Shown: piece after piece, positions 35,426 through 50,237 of the stretch | How positions within the stretch are numbered: the first letter of the stretch is position 1 | How the letters are laid out: each line of letters starts with the position of its first letter | Made by a program: the position numbers and the translations under genes | Notes under the pieces: model-generated | The model's database searches: none | What the model saw: only the letters and a program-made list of their open reading frames with translations | Told to the model about the DNA's origin: nothing | Assembly: GCA_030295235.1 (NCBI GenBank) | Contig: AP026150.1 | Span: forward strand, 372,001-436,000 | Origin: Fistulifera solaris | Lineage: Eukaryota | Direction of reading: 5' to 3' | DNA: 64,000 nt

Positions 35426-36429
35426 ATGTTGAGCGAAAGCGAATCAGATTCATCCAGCAATGACACAGAAATCCTAGCGATATTATGTTCTGTCGTTCCG
35501 GATCAAGAACTACCGATCATCGAGCGATGGAATCAGGATGCGCATCCTGCATGCTCTACAACAGAGGATCTTGAATTGTCGCTTCAAAATCAAATGGATG
35601 CAGAAAAGTGGTCGGCGGCCGCTCGTCTGATAGAACACTTTCCCTCGTTAGCCCATGCGAATCTCAACATCATCATTCAAGGCGAGCGAATCAGCTGTCG
35701 GCCCCTGCACGCTGTCTGCGCACGTCGACTCCCCTTCACTGGATCTTCTGGAACAACTGATTGCTTATTTTCCATCCGCATTGTGCGAACGTGATCCTCG
35801 TGGGCGATTGCCGATTCATCTTGCGCTACTACGGGGTTGCTGTTCCCCCAGTGTCGTTCGTTATCTATGCGAGCGCTCTTCTTTCGCCTTGTTGCAAAAG
35901 ATGAAGATGGGAATGTTCCACTACATTATGCTTGTCAATTTGCTTCCCACAGCATTCTTCAAATTGTGCTCAGGGCGTGTCCAGAAGCTGCCATGGTAGC
36001 AAACAACAAGAAACGATTGCCGCTCCATTTGGTGTGCGCTCGCAACTGGGATTTGGAAGGACCCAGCGTTTGTTCGGTACTCGAAGCATTTCCAGAAGCC
36101 ACACAAGCAAGTGATCGATCCAACCGATTGCCATTGCACTGGGCGTGCGATCAACCGCTTCTAAGATACGATTTGTTAGCGGCTCTGGTGCAGCAGTATC
36201 CGGGCGGGCTGTTGCATCGGGACCATACGGGTGCGACGCCCGTGCAACTGGCGAAGCGTATGCAAAAACAATATTATGGAGAAGAGCAAGGTGTTGTTTT
36301 GGCTTTTTAAACGAACGAACGGCCCGGGAACGTAGAAATAAGTGTGTTCTGCATAATTTATTTGCCATTCGAATGACGAGTGAAAAGAACAAGAACATTA
36401 TTCAATCGCCCCAATTTCCGTATGGATAA
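35426..36429 (+). CDS. Ankyrin-repeat-like protein (several frameshifts)
   Basis: Repeated PLH.AC / LPIHLA / LPLHWAC motifs spread over three overlapping ORFs. Confidence 0.75.
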
Positions 36430-36837
36430 GAGGAGAATACTTTTGGTTAATCTACGCTCTATAGACCATACACTATTTTACTCTCTTGGAAAGCACCTCC
36501 TTTTTGATATCAAAGAAGGCCGACTATCGCTTATAAAACAGGGAACAAAGATCCTTAAAAGATAAGGTGAACATTAACTTAGATCGTTGATTCCTTTCGA
36601 GTTCGCTAGTGAACCTCGGTATTTCTCACTTGAGTATTGTGTCGACGACATAGTAGAAACGGATTACTTTACCAGACCATGGATCTGGATAATTTCGTCG
36701 TCCAACTTGCATAGCTTCTGGCATGACTTGCTAAGACTGAATGAAAATGGACTACAAGATGGCTTTTAGAAATGATTTGCTTGAGGGGAAAGGGCCCCTG
36801 CTAAAGTTGTGATACGGCAAAATAGAAGAACCACGTT

Positions 36838-36859
36838 GACTCATGACTGAAAATCAGTC
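36838..36859. promoter_or_regulatory. Best copy of a dispersed intergenic motif, consensus GACTCATGACTG-N5-CAGTC
   Basis: Nine intergenic copies found by eye (see findings); function unknown. Confidence 0.55.
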
Positions 36860-37263
36860 CCCCCGAGTGACCAACAAGTTTATAGCTGTAGTTCAAATGC
36901 AAAATTGCTCCATACACGGCAGGATAATAATTGACATCCCAGATTGCATTGCTTTGTAGGTAAACATCAACTGTTACTTCAGCTTGCGATTAAGCTACTC
37001 ACAAGAAAAAGAACAACGACGAGCACGGTCGTTCGTGACTCGTCACTGAATTCCAGTCATGCTATAGAAATGGAAAAGCGAAAATTGATTAGGATGGGTT
37101 TTTTGCGTTTTCTTATGCAAATGTGATTATTACAAGTCATTATATAACAAAGCATTTTGAGTTTTTTTTTCAAATTGCTGTACGGTTATAGACTGTTACT
37201 GCCTCAATTGATTCTCAATCCACACAAACGCTCGACGCTACGGGTTGCCCTTACGTTTCAGTC

Positions 37264-38748
37264 ATGGTCGGCACAATCGTTCTTATTCTTTTCCTGCTGC
37301 TTAACATGGCACGGGCCGCCGATTTGAACTTTCATGATGCCGTTCATAAAACCAAAGAGTTTCAGAAGAAAGAGCGTGAGCGAAGGAGAAGGAAAGAGAC
37401 AACACCTGATATTTGGGACAAGCATTTCAATGAAAGTACGACCGGAGGAAAATATAGCTTCAATCGAACTGTACCAGCGACGGAATGGATCTTGACGGGG
37501 ACATCGCCCATTGTGGAAAAACCGATGGAAACACCGAAACGAGGCAGCCTGTTGGCAACGAAACAACCACCGTACGTTCACTGGGTGTGCTATCGAGGCA
37601 TTTCTGCAAATAGCAGTAGCACCACAGAACACACGGCCGAGAAATTAGCCTGTTGTTTGGAAATTTATCGTGCCATGTTACAAGATCCCGAAGGACTCTG
37701 CTGGAAGACGGATCTCGAAGCCTGTGGCTACAATCCCAATCAACTGGATCCACAAAATCTTAAAATTGATTTATTGGCGGACTTGAAAGAAGAGAAGCAA
37801 GCCATTGCGGCCGCACGGAAAACTGAATTCATGCAGCACTGTACGCATCTCTTGACTCCCATACCGACTGCCACATCGAATCATCATCAGTACACACTAG
37901 ATGGACGAGTCTCTCTACCACCGCGGTGGTCGTTACTGCAATCGCCATCGGTATTACAGCACAAACCAACGAAACAATGGCGTCAATTTGTACAAGATTC
38001 CGTCAGTGGTATATGGATCAAACGTTCGGATTTGTCACCGATACATGTAACACGGCCGATTCGATTGAACGCGACGACTCCTTACCAAGTTACCGATACC
38101 TTTCCGGTATTTTATACGACAAAAGTGGTAGCCAGTGATTCGAAAGATGAGTGGCGTATCATGGAACATACATTGCAATTGGGAGTCGTTGACGATCCGC
38201 CTTCCTCGTTGTCCGCCCAAGTGATTCTTTTGTTGTTTTTACCCAATGAATTGCGTCCCATTTCCCGACCAACACCACAGTGTACACCTTATTGTCACGT
38301 TTCTATCATTGCGGATACATGGTCGAGGGAAAAGACTTCGATATGGGGACAACCCTCGGTAGTGGCACTGCAAGTCGATATTCCTCATGTTACGACGAAG
38401 AAACATACGTGGACGACGACGTTGCGGCTCGAAGACGAAGAATCACTGATTGTTTCACCACCACTCCTCTATTCGGCGGTCATGACATCCTCTGAAGATG
38501 ATCGTGTTTGGGTATGGGATGGAAATGTCCGACCCAACTTGTCGTTACTGTTGACGGACTTCGAGGAAAAGAGCGACTGCAAGATTTATGGAAAGTTGAA
38601 CTGTAGTAGTAATTTTAGTTCATATTTAATTGACCACATTGATGTATTCGCTTTCCGATGTGGCTTGCACAAAGGCTTTCATATTCTCTGCCGTCATGTC
38701 AACCAGTCGTTGTCGTGTTTCCAGACGCCGCCATCCCGTATGAGGTGA
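37264..38748 (+). CDS. Secreted/ER hypothetical protein, possibly a distant PIG-X-like fold
   Basis: 494-aa ORF with signal peptide; 3' end overlaps the next gene. Confidence 0.65.
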   Translation: MVGTIVLILFLLLNMARAADLNFHDAVHKTKEFQKKERERRRRKETTPDIWDKHFNESTTGGKYSFNRTVPATEWILTGTSPIVEKPMETPKRGSLLATKQPPYVHWVCYRGISANSSSTTEHTAEKLACCLEIYRAMLQDPEGLCWKTDLEACGYNPNQLDPQNLKIDLLADLKEEKQAIAAARKTEFMQHCTHLLTPIPTATSNHHQYTLDGRVSLPPRWSLLQSPSVLQHKPTKQWRQFVQDSVSGIWIKRSDLSPIHVTRPIRLNATTPYQVTDTFPVFYTTKVVASDSKDEWRIMEHTLQLGVVDDPPSSLSAQVILLLFLPNELRPISRPTPQCTPYCHVSIIADTWSREKTSIWGQPSVVALQVDIPHVTTKKHTWTTTLRLEDEESLIVSPPLLYSAVMTSSEDDRVWVWDGNVRPNLSLLLTDFEEKSDCKIYGKLNCSSNFSSYLIDHIDVFAFRCGLHKGFHILCRHVNQSLSCFQTPPSRMR

Positions 38749-39796
38749 CATCCACACATTGGGCAGTTGCCACAATTTAGAATCAGGAGGCGGTGGCTCC
38801 GTCGTGGTGACATCCAATCCAGCCGCTTGAATGACCCGTTCTTCCAAACATTGAATAAGTTCCTCTTCATGACAGACACCCCCGCGACTCGTGTTAATGA
38901 GAAAGGCGGTGGGTTTCATCTGCTCAATTTGTTGACGACCAAACGATCTTCGTGTTTGGTCATTGAGAGGAGTGTGTAGACTGACGTAATCGGAATGTCG
39001 TAATAAATAATTGACATCGGTCGTACACTCCACATTCGGATGATTGTAGAGACTATGCCCCTCCGGTAAGGTTGGCTGACGACTACTGATAATGACTTTT
39101 TTCATCCCCAACGCCAAAGCAATTTCCGCGACTTTGGTTCCGATGCGACCCGCACCACCCACTAAACCCAGTGTTTGATGTCCCACTTCATGCAGTGGCA
39201 AAGTGAAGGGACCTGTAAAATTAGATCGATCGTTGTTTAGTAACATTCGCTGTTGATCAAACATACTGACGGCAAAATTCATCAAATACGTAATGGCCAT
39301 GTGCGCGACGGCGTCGGTCGAGTACGTTGGAACATTGCAAACTGGGATTCTTTTGGATCGAGCGACTGCAATCGGCCAATTGTTGTATCCGGTACCGGCT
39401 TCACAAATGAGTTGTACCGAGGACGGAAATTGTTCTACCACTGTGGTCGGAATGGTCATTTCTTTGGCCAACACAATGGTGGGTTGATGTTGATGCAGTA
39501 ATTGCAACATTTCATCCGAATCTCGTATAGCATCCACACGATTGAGAATGACATTTTGACAGATCGAATGCCAGGAAGAAAAAATCCAATTGTTGATCGT
39601 AATCCAAACGTGACGCATTCAAAAGAGAGCCGACGTTTCGTTTCGATGCTGGGTTCTCGTTGACGTAAAGGAGCGTCGCGCGAACGATATCGTCGGCCGA
39701 ATGGAGGCAATTATCATTAGCTAATGCCTTGTAGATGAATGCTGTCGAAGGAGAGTTACTTTGAGGGGAAAGGATCGACGAGGATGTTTTGAACAT
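38626..39796 (-). CDS. D-isomer-specific 2-hydroxyacid dehydrogenase (glycerate dehydrogenase/hydroxypyruvate reductase-like), apparent frameshift near 39580
   Basis: GTGYNN, GLVGGAGRIG, SLHTPL, LINTSRG, LDV...EP and SPHTGW motifs. Confidence 0.88.
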
Positions 39797-40591
39797 CCTG
39801 GCCGATCAATAACAACGAGAAACATTTCGCTTAAAGTGTCATGCATCTCATCGCGACAGTGACGTCGACATACGTCATATGACTCATGACTGAAACCAGT
39901 CATGTCGAAAAACGGTCAACACTTTGAACTATTGTAACTTTAATTAGTTCCGTTGTAGGGATTTTCGAAGCAAAGATCAAGGATTGCAATGAAAATACTG
40001 GTAATGTAGCAAACTTTAAGGACAGATCAAACTCAAAATTTGTCACACTGTCCACTTCTCTGGTCAGAACACCGCTGGCGTTGAAAAGGAAGAGTGCTAA
40101 ATTCACCCGGGACTGACAATATGTCGAGTCGTCGGACAAGCCCTCTTTACGAGCAAATAAAACTTGCAATGAATGGAAAAATGCAAAACATTGCGTCGAT
40201 CCATTCATTCAATTTTTATCTTCATGAACAACAACCTAGCATCGGGAGATAGAATCATAATCAAAGTCAGAGATTTAGGGCTATTATTGCTCAAAAAGAG
40301 CTTCAAGGGCGTTGTACTTTCTGTGGAAAGAAAGCAGCCGTTTGTCGCCGTGTAACACACGGAACAACATTCGGCTCTTCATGCAAGGTGTTGCTGTTTG
40401 AATGAGAAAAGGTTTTCATGTCGAAAATAATTAGAGAGTGACAGTAACTCCGTTGAAGGAACTCTATGAGAAGCGAGCAGTGCAACCATTGACGACTTAA
40501 CAAAGCGGAAGAAAATCAGCAACATTTGTCGTCCGAAGTAACTAAAACGGTAGAATGCATTTGATAAGCATCAACTCGCGAAATCGATAAT

Positions 40592-41712
40592 CTATAAAAA
40601 CAGACAGTGCTTTGGGAATGAAACTGGCCATAGAGTGTTACATTCAAGATTCATCTCTCGGTAGGAATAATCAAGTTGTAACCAACAACGGAACGGACGC
40701 GGGTGGACGGCGTTCTCGTCATTGATTTCGTTCCAGATCTCCCAGGTATACTCAGTGCGGTCTCCTGTCATAGCTGCACCGATGAGAATCGCCTTTGCTG
40801 CAAACTTGCGCGCTTGCATCAAGTTACCGAAGGCTTTGCATGCAAGCGCGGTCATCCTATACTCCTCAGGCTTCAACTTGCACTTTACCAAGAATTCTGC
40901 ATAGATTGGCACTGCTCCATTTGGTATTGAGCTGGTGCAGTGTTGTTTCATATGGTACGGAGAAGCGATCTTTGAGCATTTTATTAAGTGCGGCCGCATC
41001 CACCCATTTTCCGAGTTACGTGTGCATTTTGGCAATTTGCCGGTTAATTTGCAACCAAATTAGACTTGCGCATGGCACCGCCTTTCGGATTGAGGTTTTC
41101 CTTTCTTGCTTTGTCGAGGTTTGAGGCGTAGCACTTCGCTGCAACGTCCACAATCTTTGCAGAGTTTTCAGCCTCTGGAACTATCTCTTGTAAAACCGTT
41201 AATGCAGCATCGTGATCACCACGCATACTCAGAAGACCTGTTCGGTTATGCATGATCATGAACTTCGAGTGCTGGATCAGTTCAACATCTGCCAGAGCTT
41301 CAGACAGCAAAGCGTTTTGTTCTGTTGTCGACTAACCACCCTTTTGAATCCGCACAACATTGGAATCGACCTTCGCTTTGATCGACTGGACCAAGTCGGG
41401 CATCGGGCTACGGTAATGCGGGCACATTTTGGCGTATGCCATGTCATCCGAGAGTATGGTGGACGATTGAAACTGCAGTAGACACGACCAGCAGGTTGTT
41501 CCACGGCTTCTTCAAAGCAGATGACACAGGAACCAATCGCTTCCGAGCTTGCTGCAATTGTTCCCGTGACTACTTCTTTTCTTGGACTCGAATTCGCTAC
41601 AAAAGACCACAATTATACGTAGCCGGCTGCAAGCTGACAAATTGGCTGGTGAAACTTCCAGTGAGCTTTCTGACATTGACGAGTGCGTAAAACGCAGAGT
41701 TTTGATTGCCAA
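40592..41712 (-). pseudogene. Fragmented hypothetical gene with a degenerate RING-like CVICFEE start
   Basis: Chain of same-strand ORFs (41512..41712, 41277..41612, 41044..41310, 40592..41035) with frame breaks. Confidence 0.35.
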
Positions 41713-42261
41713 ACCGTTTGTTAGAAACTTTCCGGGACTGCAAATTTATTGATTCACAAAAGCCACCCGAACACTCCTGACTATGGTCAAAAATAGGTTG
41801 ACGGCGAGAGTTTATGTTGACTCTCTCTTATTTGCTAGATTAGCATCAGCGACAGTTTACGATGATGTCTAAGGAAGTGTTTACAGTCCCTAAATTTAAA
41901 AGTGCAGAAAGCATGCCCTCTAGTGAGGGCTTACGACAGGAATTGAGCTATCGGTAGGGTCGGGGTTAGAATAAAAGGGTTTTTACAGTAATGCCTTAAC
42001 CTTACGGTAATTTCGAAACAAAAGCTCTAACCTTGATGATGCCTGTGGCTTTTATCGCACGAGCTGGCGCATGCTCCGGACTGCAAACAGACGCTCCGAT
42101 GAGCACGGCGCAACGGCATGGCAAAAAAACGAAAAACAGTACTGTAACAAACCTTCATTCGTCGTCTTTCGCTTCTCGTCTTCACAACAATCCTTTCGGC
42201 TAATAAGATAGTAACATAACAACCTATTCGAAGTCGTTATTCGTGAAAGAATTATATCATC

Positions 42262-43075
42262 ATGTTTCAGTATACGAAATCGCTATTGTTTTCTTTCTTA
42301 CTTCTGACCTCCTCTATTCAGGCGTTTGTAGTTCAAACGCCATTGTTAACCTCAAAGAATGCACTTCAGGTAAGACAGGGGGGGTTGTTGAAGGGGAGAG
42401 AATATAGAATTGTAAAGTAGCAGCAAGAGAAGCCGCATTATTGCTGTATATCATCGGTTCTTTTCTGTGTCGATTTTCTTCTCATTCATTTTTGTTTTTC
42501 AGGCCGCCGACTCCGACGTTTCCTTTGACAATTTGGACGGTTCCCAAATGCGCATTGGCATCATCAAAACCCGCTGGAATGAAGAACATGTCAACAATTT
42601 GGTAGCAGGCATTAAAAAAGGATTGAAAGAATGCAAAGTAAGTGACACGAACATTTTCGAAACATCGGTACCCGGATCCTTCGAATTGCCCATGGCCGCC
42701 CGCTTTCTTGCCTTGACGGGGACCTGCGATGCCATTATCACGACCGGAGTTCTCATTAAGGGTGATACGATGCATTTTGAATTCATTGCCGATGCTGTCG
42801 CCAAGGGTATTATGAACATCGGATTGCAAACCTCGACGCCCGTTGTCTTTGGTGTGTTGACCTGCCAAAATGAACAGCAAGTCAAAGATCGTAGTACGGG
42901 TGACAACAACCACGGGTACGATTGGGGTAAAACAGCGGTCGAAATGGCGCTCCTTCGCACGGAGGCGTTGGGAGGTAAGAAGGGAGAAGAATCTAAGGAA
43001 ATGTTGGCGGCAATGGGTTTCGGGAAGGCGGATGAGGATAGTGCGAGCAAAGAGAAGAAGAGTGCGTTCTTTTAG
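42262..43075 (+). CDS. ribH: 6,7-dimethyl-8-ribityllumazine synthase, plastid-targeted; intron 42370-42502
   Basis: TRWN, VPGSFELP, GVLIKGDTMHFE and PVVFGVLT motifs; exon 1 encodes a signal peptide ending IQA-F. Confidence 0.95.
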
Positions 43076-43162
43076 ATCTTGACCACACTTGACGAGCAAT
43101 GACTTTCTTTTTACTCAAAGAGTGTGACTCTGCTAGTACTAGGCATGACTATTTTATTAGAA

Positions 43163-44638
<1,476 letters not shown>

Positions 44639-45252
44639 TTATTGATTAAATAAATAATAAAGTAAGAAGCTGGAATCGACGAGAAATACTAAAGATGAGA
44701 ACAGCAGCAGCACGAGGCAAAACAAAACGAGATAAGATTAAAGATATCCTCCTGTTTATTTTTTGCGGCACGCGGAATGGACACGGGTTTCTTGGTCTGT
44801 CGAGCATACGTTCTATTTCATTACTGGCTTAAGGATGGAAATAAGAAGTTGGTCGCCTTCTGCCTTTCTTGCACAAGTGGTTTGGGCTTTGGGCACACTA
44901 TGTGTGACGTGGCTCTTCCAAATGGGTCATTTAGGCCCTTGCTTCATTTCGCTTCACACTACTGAGTAATACTGATACAGAACGAACAAAAGTTGAAGTT
45001 AACAACAGAGAAGCAAAAGGAAAAAGGCCAACTCCACAGGTGTCGCGATCGGCGTTTCAAACGGAGGAAGGATGAAAAGCGTTGTTTACACGACAATAAT
45101 AGCACAATGCACAATGCAACAACAATAGATACTTGTAATAGCGATGCTTTCTATATTATGAGGCTTGACTACGATCATGCACGAAAAAAGCAAACGCATT
45201 CTCCGTGCGTGTCCGACAGGAAGGGCTTTATGCAGTTCTTTGCATACGCGCC

Positions 45253-46664
45253 TCAAGCAAACTGCTGAAGGATATCCGGTTGCATCAATGCACTCAAGTG
45301 ATGTCGATGATCAAAAGGAATCTCCTCCAAATGATCCAATCACCTGGACGGGCGTACTGAAAAGGGGTAAAACCTCGTTTGTCGGCAATGAGGAAGAGGG
45401 ACGGATCACGAGCAATGATCCAGGAGCAAATCTCGAGTTGAGGTTCGGGATTCCAACAGGCATCGTGCAAAGGCGTACGGCCATAATCGTCACGAACGCG
45501 GACGGAAAGTTCCACCTCGTTCATTAAAAATTGGGCCATGTCACGAAAGCCCCGCCGACAAGCCAAATTCAGTAGACCTTCACCAAATCGATTGTAACAA
45601 TCCAACGCGGCCTTGCCTTGTTGTTGAAAGAAGTCACGTAGCTTGACAACATCATTGCTGCGAGCAATCGTCGTAACTTCGACTGTGTAAGCTTTCATTT
45701 GATCCTCCGTGGTAACCGGGAAAAAGTCTTGCAGTTCAAGGCACGGCTTGACTTGCAGTTTCTGACAGAACATTGCTTCGATCAATTCGGCAAGGAATGC
45801 ATCGGGGTGCACGTTGGCAACGGAAGGATCAGGGAGCGATCGAGAGGAGATCGATACCTGACCGGAATTTCTCAGTGCGGGCGGCGAGGGCGATCGGGAC
45901 TTTTCGGCTTTCAGTGAAACCAAGTCGCTGTTGCTGCTACGTTTCTTCATGTTGGTACATGAAGTTATTGGTATTTTCGATACCTTGGAGTCGCGTCGCT
46001 CAATGAGATATTGCATGGTCTCTTGCGCCTTTTGCATCAGGTACTCTTTGTCGCCATCAGAGAGGCCTTCGGGCCGAGCTTTAATATCAGCAACAAAGAA
46101 TGCGCCAAGACGATGGCCCTCGGGAGAAACCAGCGGGACGCCTGCATACCATCGTACTTTGGGGAACGCTGTAACTAGAGGATTCTCTCGAAAGCGATTG
46201 TCTTCCAGAGTATCAAACACTTCGAATACTGGATCTAGATTCAGAATAGTGTGCGCACAAAAGGCATGATCTCGGGCAACCTCTTTGAAAAGAATTTCAC
46301 GCCCAGGTGCCGATGCTGTTGATTTGTACCACTGGCGACCGAGATCGATAAAGCTCACGTGAGCCCAGGATGCATCAAAGTGTTTCCGCACCTTCTCGGT
46401 TAGTGAATCGAATATTGATTCGTTATCGGTTTCTAAAATTTGGAAGCTACGAAGGTTCTCCAGTCGCGCTGCTTCACTCTCGATCGACTGCGGAAGCGAA
46501 TTGCGAATATCTGGGCATTGTAGTCGCCATGAGGGCTGCGATCGTTCCTTCGACTCAACTGCTTTTTGTATTGAACTCAAATCCATCTTTTGAATGGCTT
46601 CGGTAAGCTCTTCGGTCGAGTCGAAGTCCAATACAGAAGGATATTTTGTTTTGGGGACGCCCAT
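45253..46664 (-). CDS. GAF domain + ankyrin-repeat protein
   Basis: GAF: EAARL..L, AFCAHTIL, D.RFRENPLV...VRWYAGVPL; ankyrin: NRFGEGLL, DDYGRTPLHDACW, DKRGFTP; true stop probably 45253 after a homopolymer indel. Confidence 0.85.
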
Positions 46665-48263
46665 GGTGCTTCTGTTGTTTGAGCTGTTGCAAAGAACGCT
46701 TCGTAGTCCCTGATGCTTTCGTGAATTGTGACGGTAAATTGGCTCGATGAATCGGAATCGATTTGCAGAAAGGGGATGACGGTAAAGTGATAGTAAACCT
46801 GCTTTCTGCACGCTCTGATGCAATCGTTCGGCGAACCAACAGACCTTTTCTCCAAACTAGCCACGGCAGCAGGAAGCAACAACAGACTGTTCACAAAAAA
46901 AGGACGACGACATGCACCCCTAAGCTCATTCTCGTTAAAAACAAAAAGCGCCACCTCGTATACTTGCGGGGTCTCTCCCGCTCTGACTCAACATTCTTTT
47001 TCTGACATGGTAAAATCCTGGCGAAGGACAGATGGCCGCTACTTTATAGCTTAGAGTGCAAAAATGATTTGTCCTTCCTTCTCTGCTTTCTGTCCCTGTC
47101 AGACAAGGCGAAGGGCGCGTGCCGTGTGCGTGTGACGTCGCACTCTTCGGGGTTGACGAAGAAAACAGGCTGCCCTTCGAAGTGTCTTCCGATTTCATTG
47201 GCTGGAAGAACGAATGACTGACCAACCGGAGAAGCTGGGCAGTATCTATCCAATTGTACGTAGCATTTGCAGGCTTAGTCTTGTCCGCACACGACGCATG
47301 AATAAAAAATAATCTAAAACACGGACAATCCAATCCAAGCACGTGTTTTGATGATGGTTATTGGCGGGCAATAGACCGACAAGTCAAGTGCAAAACGACG
47401 AAGCCTAGCCTAGAGTTGGAACCTGATTTAGTACCGTCGTCCGTCCTTATCGAGCGAAATGAGCGCCTACGCCCAATCACTCAGGCATAACTAGGTTTAA
47501 AATCAAAGAGATGAGATGCAAGGCGTAGGATAACAACGTAGCCTTATCTATTGACAAAGCGGAGACGAAGCTGAGTAAAGTCAAGGTGTAAAGCAGAAAT
47601 CCACTGCAAAAAATTGGGTAGACGATAAAGGGATCTTACATCTTACAAGGTCGAGGATTGTGATGACTCTCAGCAATCAGCAATGAGGATTATGGATGAC
47701 CAACTCAGTTATTTTTCTTGTAACCTTAGGCTGCCCTTTATTACGAATTCTGGTAAGGTTATAGGTTAGCACCCTAAGAAAGTAAGAATCCCTTTTGCTT
47801 TGAAATAATACGGAGTACTATCTGATATTTAGTAATTTATGTCGACCGTCGAATTGAGGAGAGAACAAAAACTGACATTCGCAGCCAAGGAGGAACAGTA
47901 CACCTGATATCCATAATCCCTAAACCTTTTTCCTTTCCCCAATAGTTTTCAAGGATAGTTGTTTGACGTTTGACATTGACTTGTGACTTGTGACATTCTT
48001 ATTTTTCCTTTTTCCTTTTCCTTTTTCCCCATTGTTCACCGAAGTTGTGAGAGGAATGACCTAATGACTTTGACGTAATTTTTACATTTGCATACTCCGA
48101 TTTCTAACTCTTGTGTGACTTGTGGGCATTCGTGTCGCGGCAGTCGAGAGCTTTTGTTCGAGACCAAAAAGCAAAACACACACCATCCGCCATCATTATC
48201 GCTTGCGTGTATTATTGCTAGTGCTCTTTCAAATAGGGCAGTATATTCAGTTACTAACGTGAC

Positions 48264-49885
48264 ATGAAACTCCAGCGTATAACTTTTGTGACGGCTGGCT
48301 CACGCGGGGATGTGCAGCCTTATCTCGCCATCGCTCTTGCGTTAAAGGAACGAGGCTACGAGCTGCGCTTTGCGACAAGTTGTGAGTTCGAAAAAATGAT
48401 CCGGTCCTTTGGATTCGGATTTGCGGGTATTTTTCCAAACGTTGCGGTAGTTCTAGAAGAGAGTCCGAAGCTGATGCAAGCGATGCAAAACGGAGAAACC
48501 TTTACTTTGAGTGCCGGAATTTCTGCAGCCAACGCAAAGGTCGCACCCGAGGCATTCGCTAAATTCCAAATCGAGCTTGAACAGTATCCTCCGGATCTTA
48601 TTGTAAAGGGATCATTGACTGAATTTTTGGTATATCATGCAGCTCTTACGCGCAAAATTCCTTTTGCGATGTTTGTATCATGATGCCGATTCATCATCCC
48701 GACCGTCCTTTATTTGGATTTCCAAAATTACCGTTTGGTCTGCACAGTATCTTTCCATGGCTACTGCTGACGGCGTATTATAACGGACAGCGTGTGTATG
48801 ACTGCGAAAATGTCGTTGCTCGTCGATGGAGTAACGCAAGGTTTCGTCAGGCCATGACGAAGCCGGTGATCCCTCGCATTTGTCTTGCTCCGTCAATGGC
48901 ACGACCGATCCTCTACCCCTCCATAGGCGGTAACTTTAAATTTGTGGGATATGCAACGATTAAATCGGAATTTCAGATCAAAACGCGAAGCGGATCTTCA
49001 TTATTTGGTGATATGCGCGTGCAAACGCAAATTCAAGAGTTTCTAAATCAGTCTGCCAACCAGGACTGTATCTACATGGGGTGGGGGAGCATGGTGTCAC
49101 GTTCACCTGAACACATGACCGAGTTTGCAGTTCGGGCCCTTCAGCTAGTCCGAAAACGAGGAATAATATTATCCGGATATGCTAATCTGGGAATACAACA
49201 CATCAACGACGCTGACTTGTTGAACTATGCTCTCGACAACATCCTTTTCGTTTCTGAAGCCCCACACGAATGGCTCTTCCCGCGAGTTTCATTGACGATC
49301 CATCACGGTGGTAGCGGAACAACAGCTTCAGCTTTACGATCTGGAAAACCAACCATTATCACGCCAGTAATTTTCGATCAATGGGACAACGCACATCTGA
49401 TAAATCAACTGGGATGCGGTTATGGATTTGAAAAACAGCAGCTTCATAAAGTTACAAGCGAAGATCTTGCGAAAGCGATCGATATGGTTCTCGGTGATCG
49501 TCGCTTCTCTGTATATGCTGCGCAAGTTGCAGAACAGATGGAGAAGGAAAATGGAGCTCGCAGTGCTGCACAGGAGATTGAAGCCTTTTGGACCAGCTAT
49601 GTAGTATCCAGCAGAATATGGTCATTGCTTCCTGGTCGACAATCAGAAAACAAGCAAATGCCGTCCGTTGTTCGGTTCTCTTGGCGATCTCTATTCGGGT
49701 TAGTGGCGTTTCTGGTGAGCTTTATTATCCCAAGAGACGCTCTTAGTCACAATCTTGTCACTTCCCTTCCTTCAGCTCAAATAGAGAGAATGGATTACCA
49801 GATTGAAGAAGCGCCTGATGGTATTGAAAGGTATGAATCCTCGGAGGCTACAAGCTTATCCGCGCGTATCTTGGAATTTTTTTGA
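48264..49885 (+). CDS. GT1/GT28-like glycosyltransferase (sterol 3-beta-glucosyltransferase-like), frameshift near 48680
   Basis: GSRGDVQPY, YMGWGSM, PHEWLFP, HHGGSGTT and DQ motifs; C-terminal hydrophobic anchor. Confidence 0.88.
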
Positions 49886-50034
49886 AGCAAACGGAGCAAT
49901 CAAATCCGATAGGGATTGCAGCGTCAATTGACTTTTGTTTTGAAGTTACAAACTTATCCGCGCGTATTATTGAAATTCCCTTATGCAAACGGAGCAATCA
50001 AATCCGATAGGGATTGCAGCGCCAATTGACTTTT
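49856..50034 (+). repeat. Direct repeat, two copies of ~81 bp
   Basis: 49856-49936 and 49953-50034 share CTTATCCGCGCGTAT...GCAAACGGAGCAATCAAATCCGATAGGGATTGCAGCG.CAATTGACTTTT. Confidence 0.9.
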
Positions 50035-50237
50035 ATTTTATCTACCATGAAGCCGCCGAATGAGAGCTGAGGTCAGGAACTATGGTAGTACTACGTTGAA
50101 TCCATTGCAATAATGCGTTTGAAACACAGTTTTTCATTCGCTGCTAGGCCAACCACTACTGCTTCGCCATACGCTCAAGCTGATGACACAAAGCAACGTC
50201 ACAGATTCGACAACTCGAAAAGAATCTATAAAAACGT

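Noticed and set aside
47350..48250. tRNA/ncRNA or transposon in the long intergenic stretch
   Set aside because: No cloverleaf, terminal repeats or coding remnant recognised; only short simple repeats near 47965-48030
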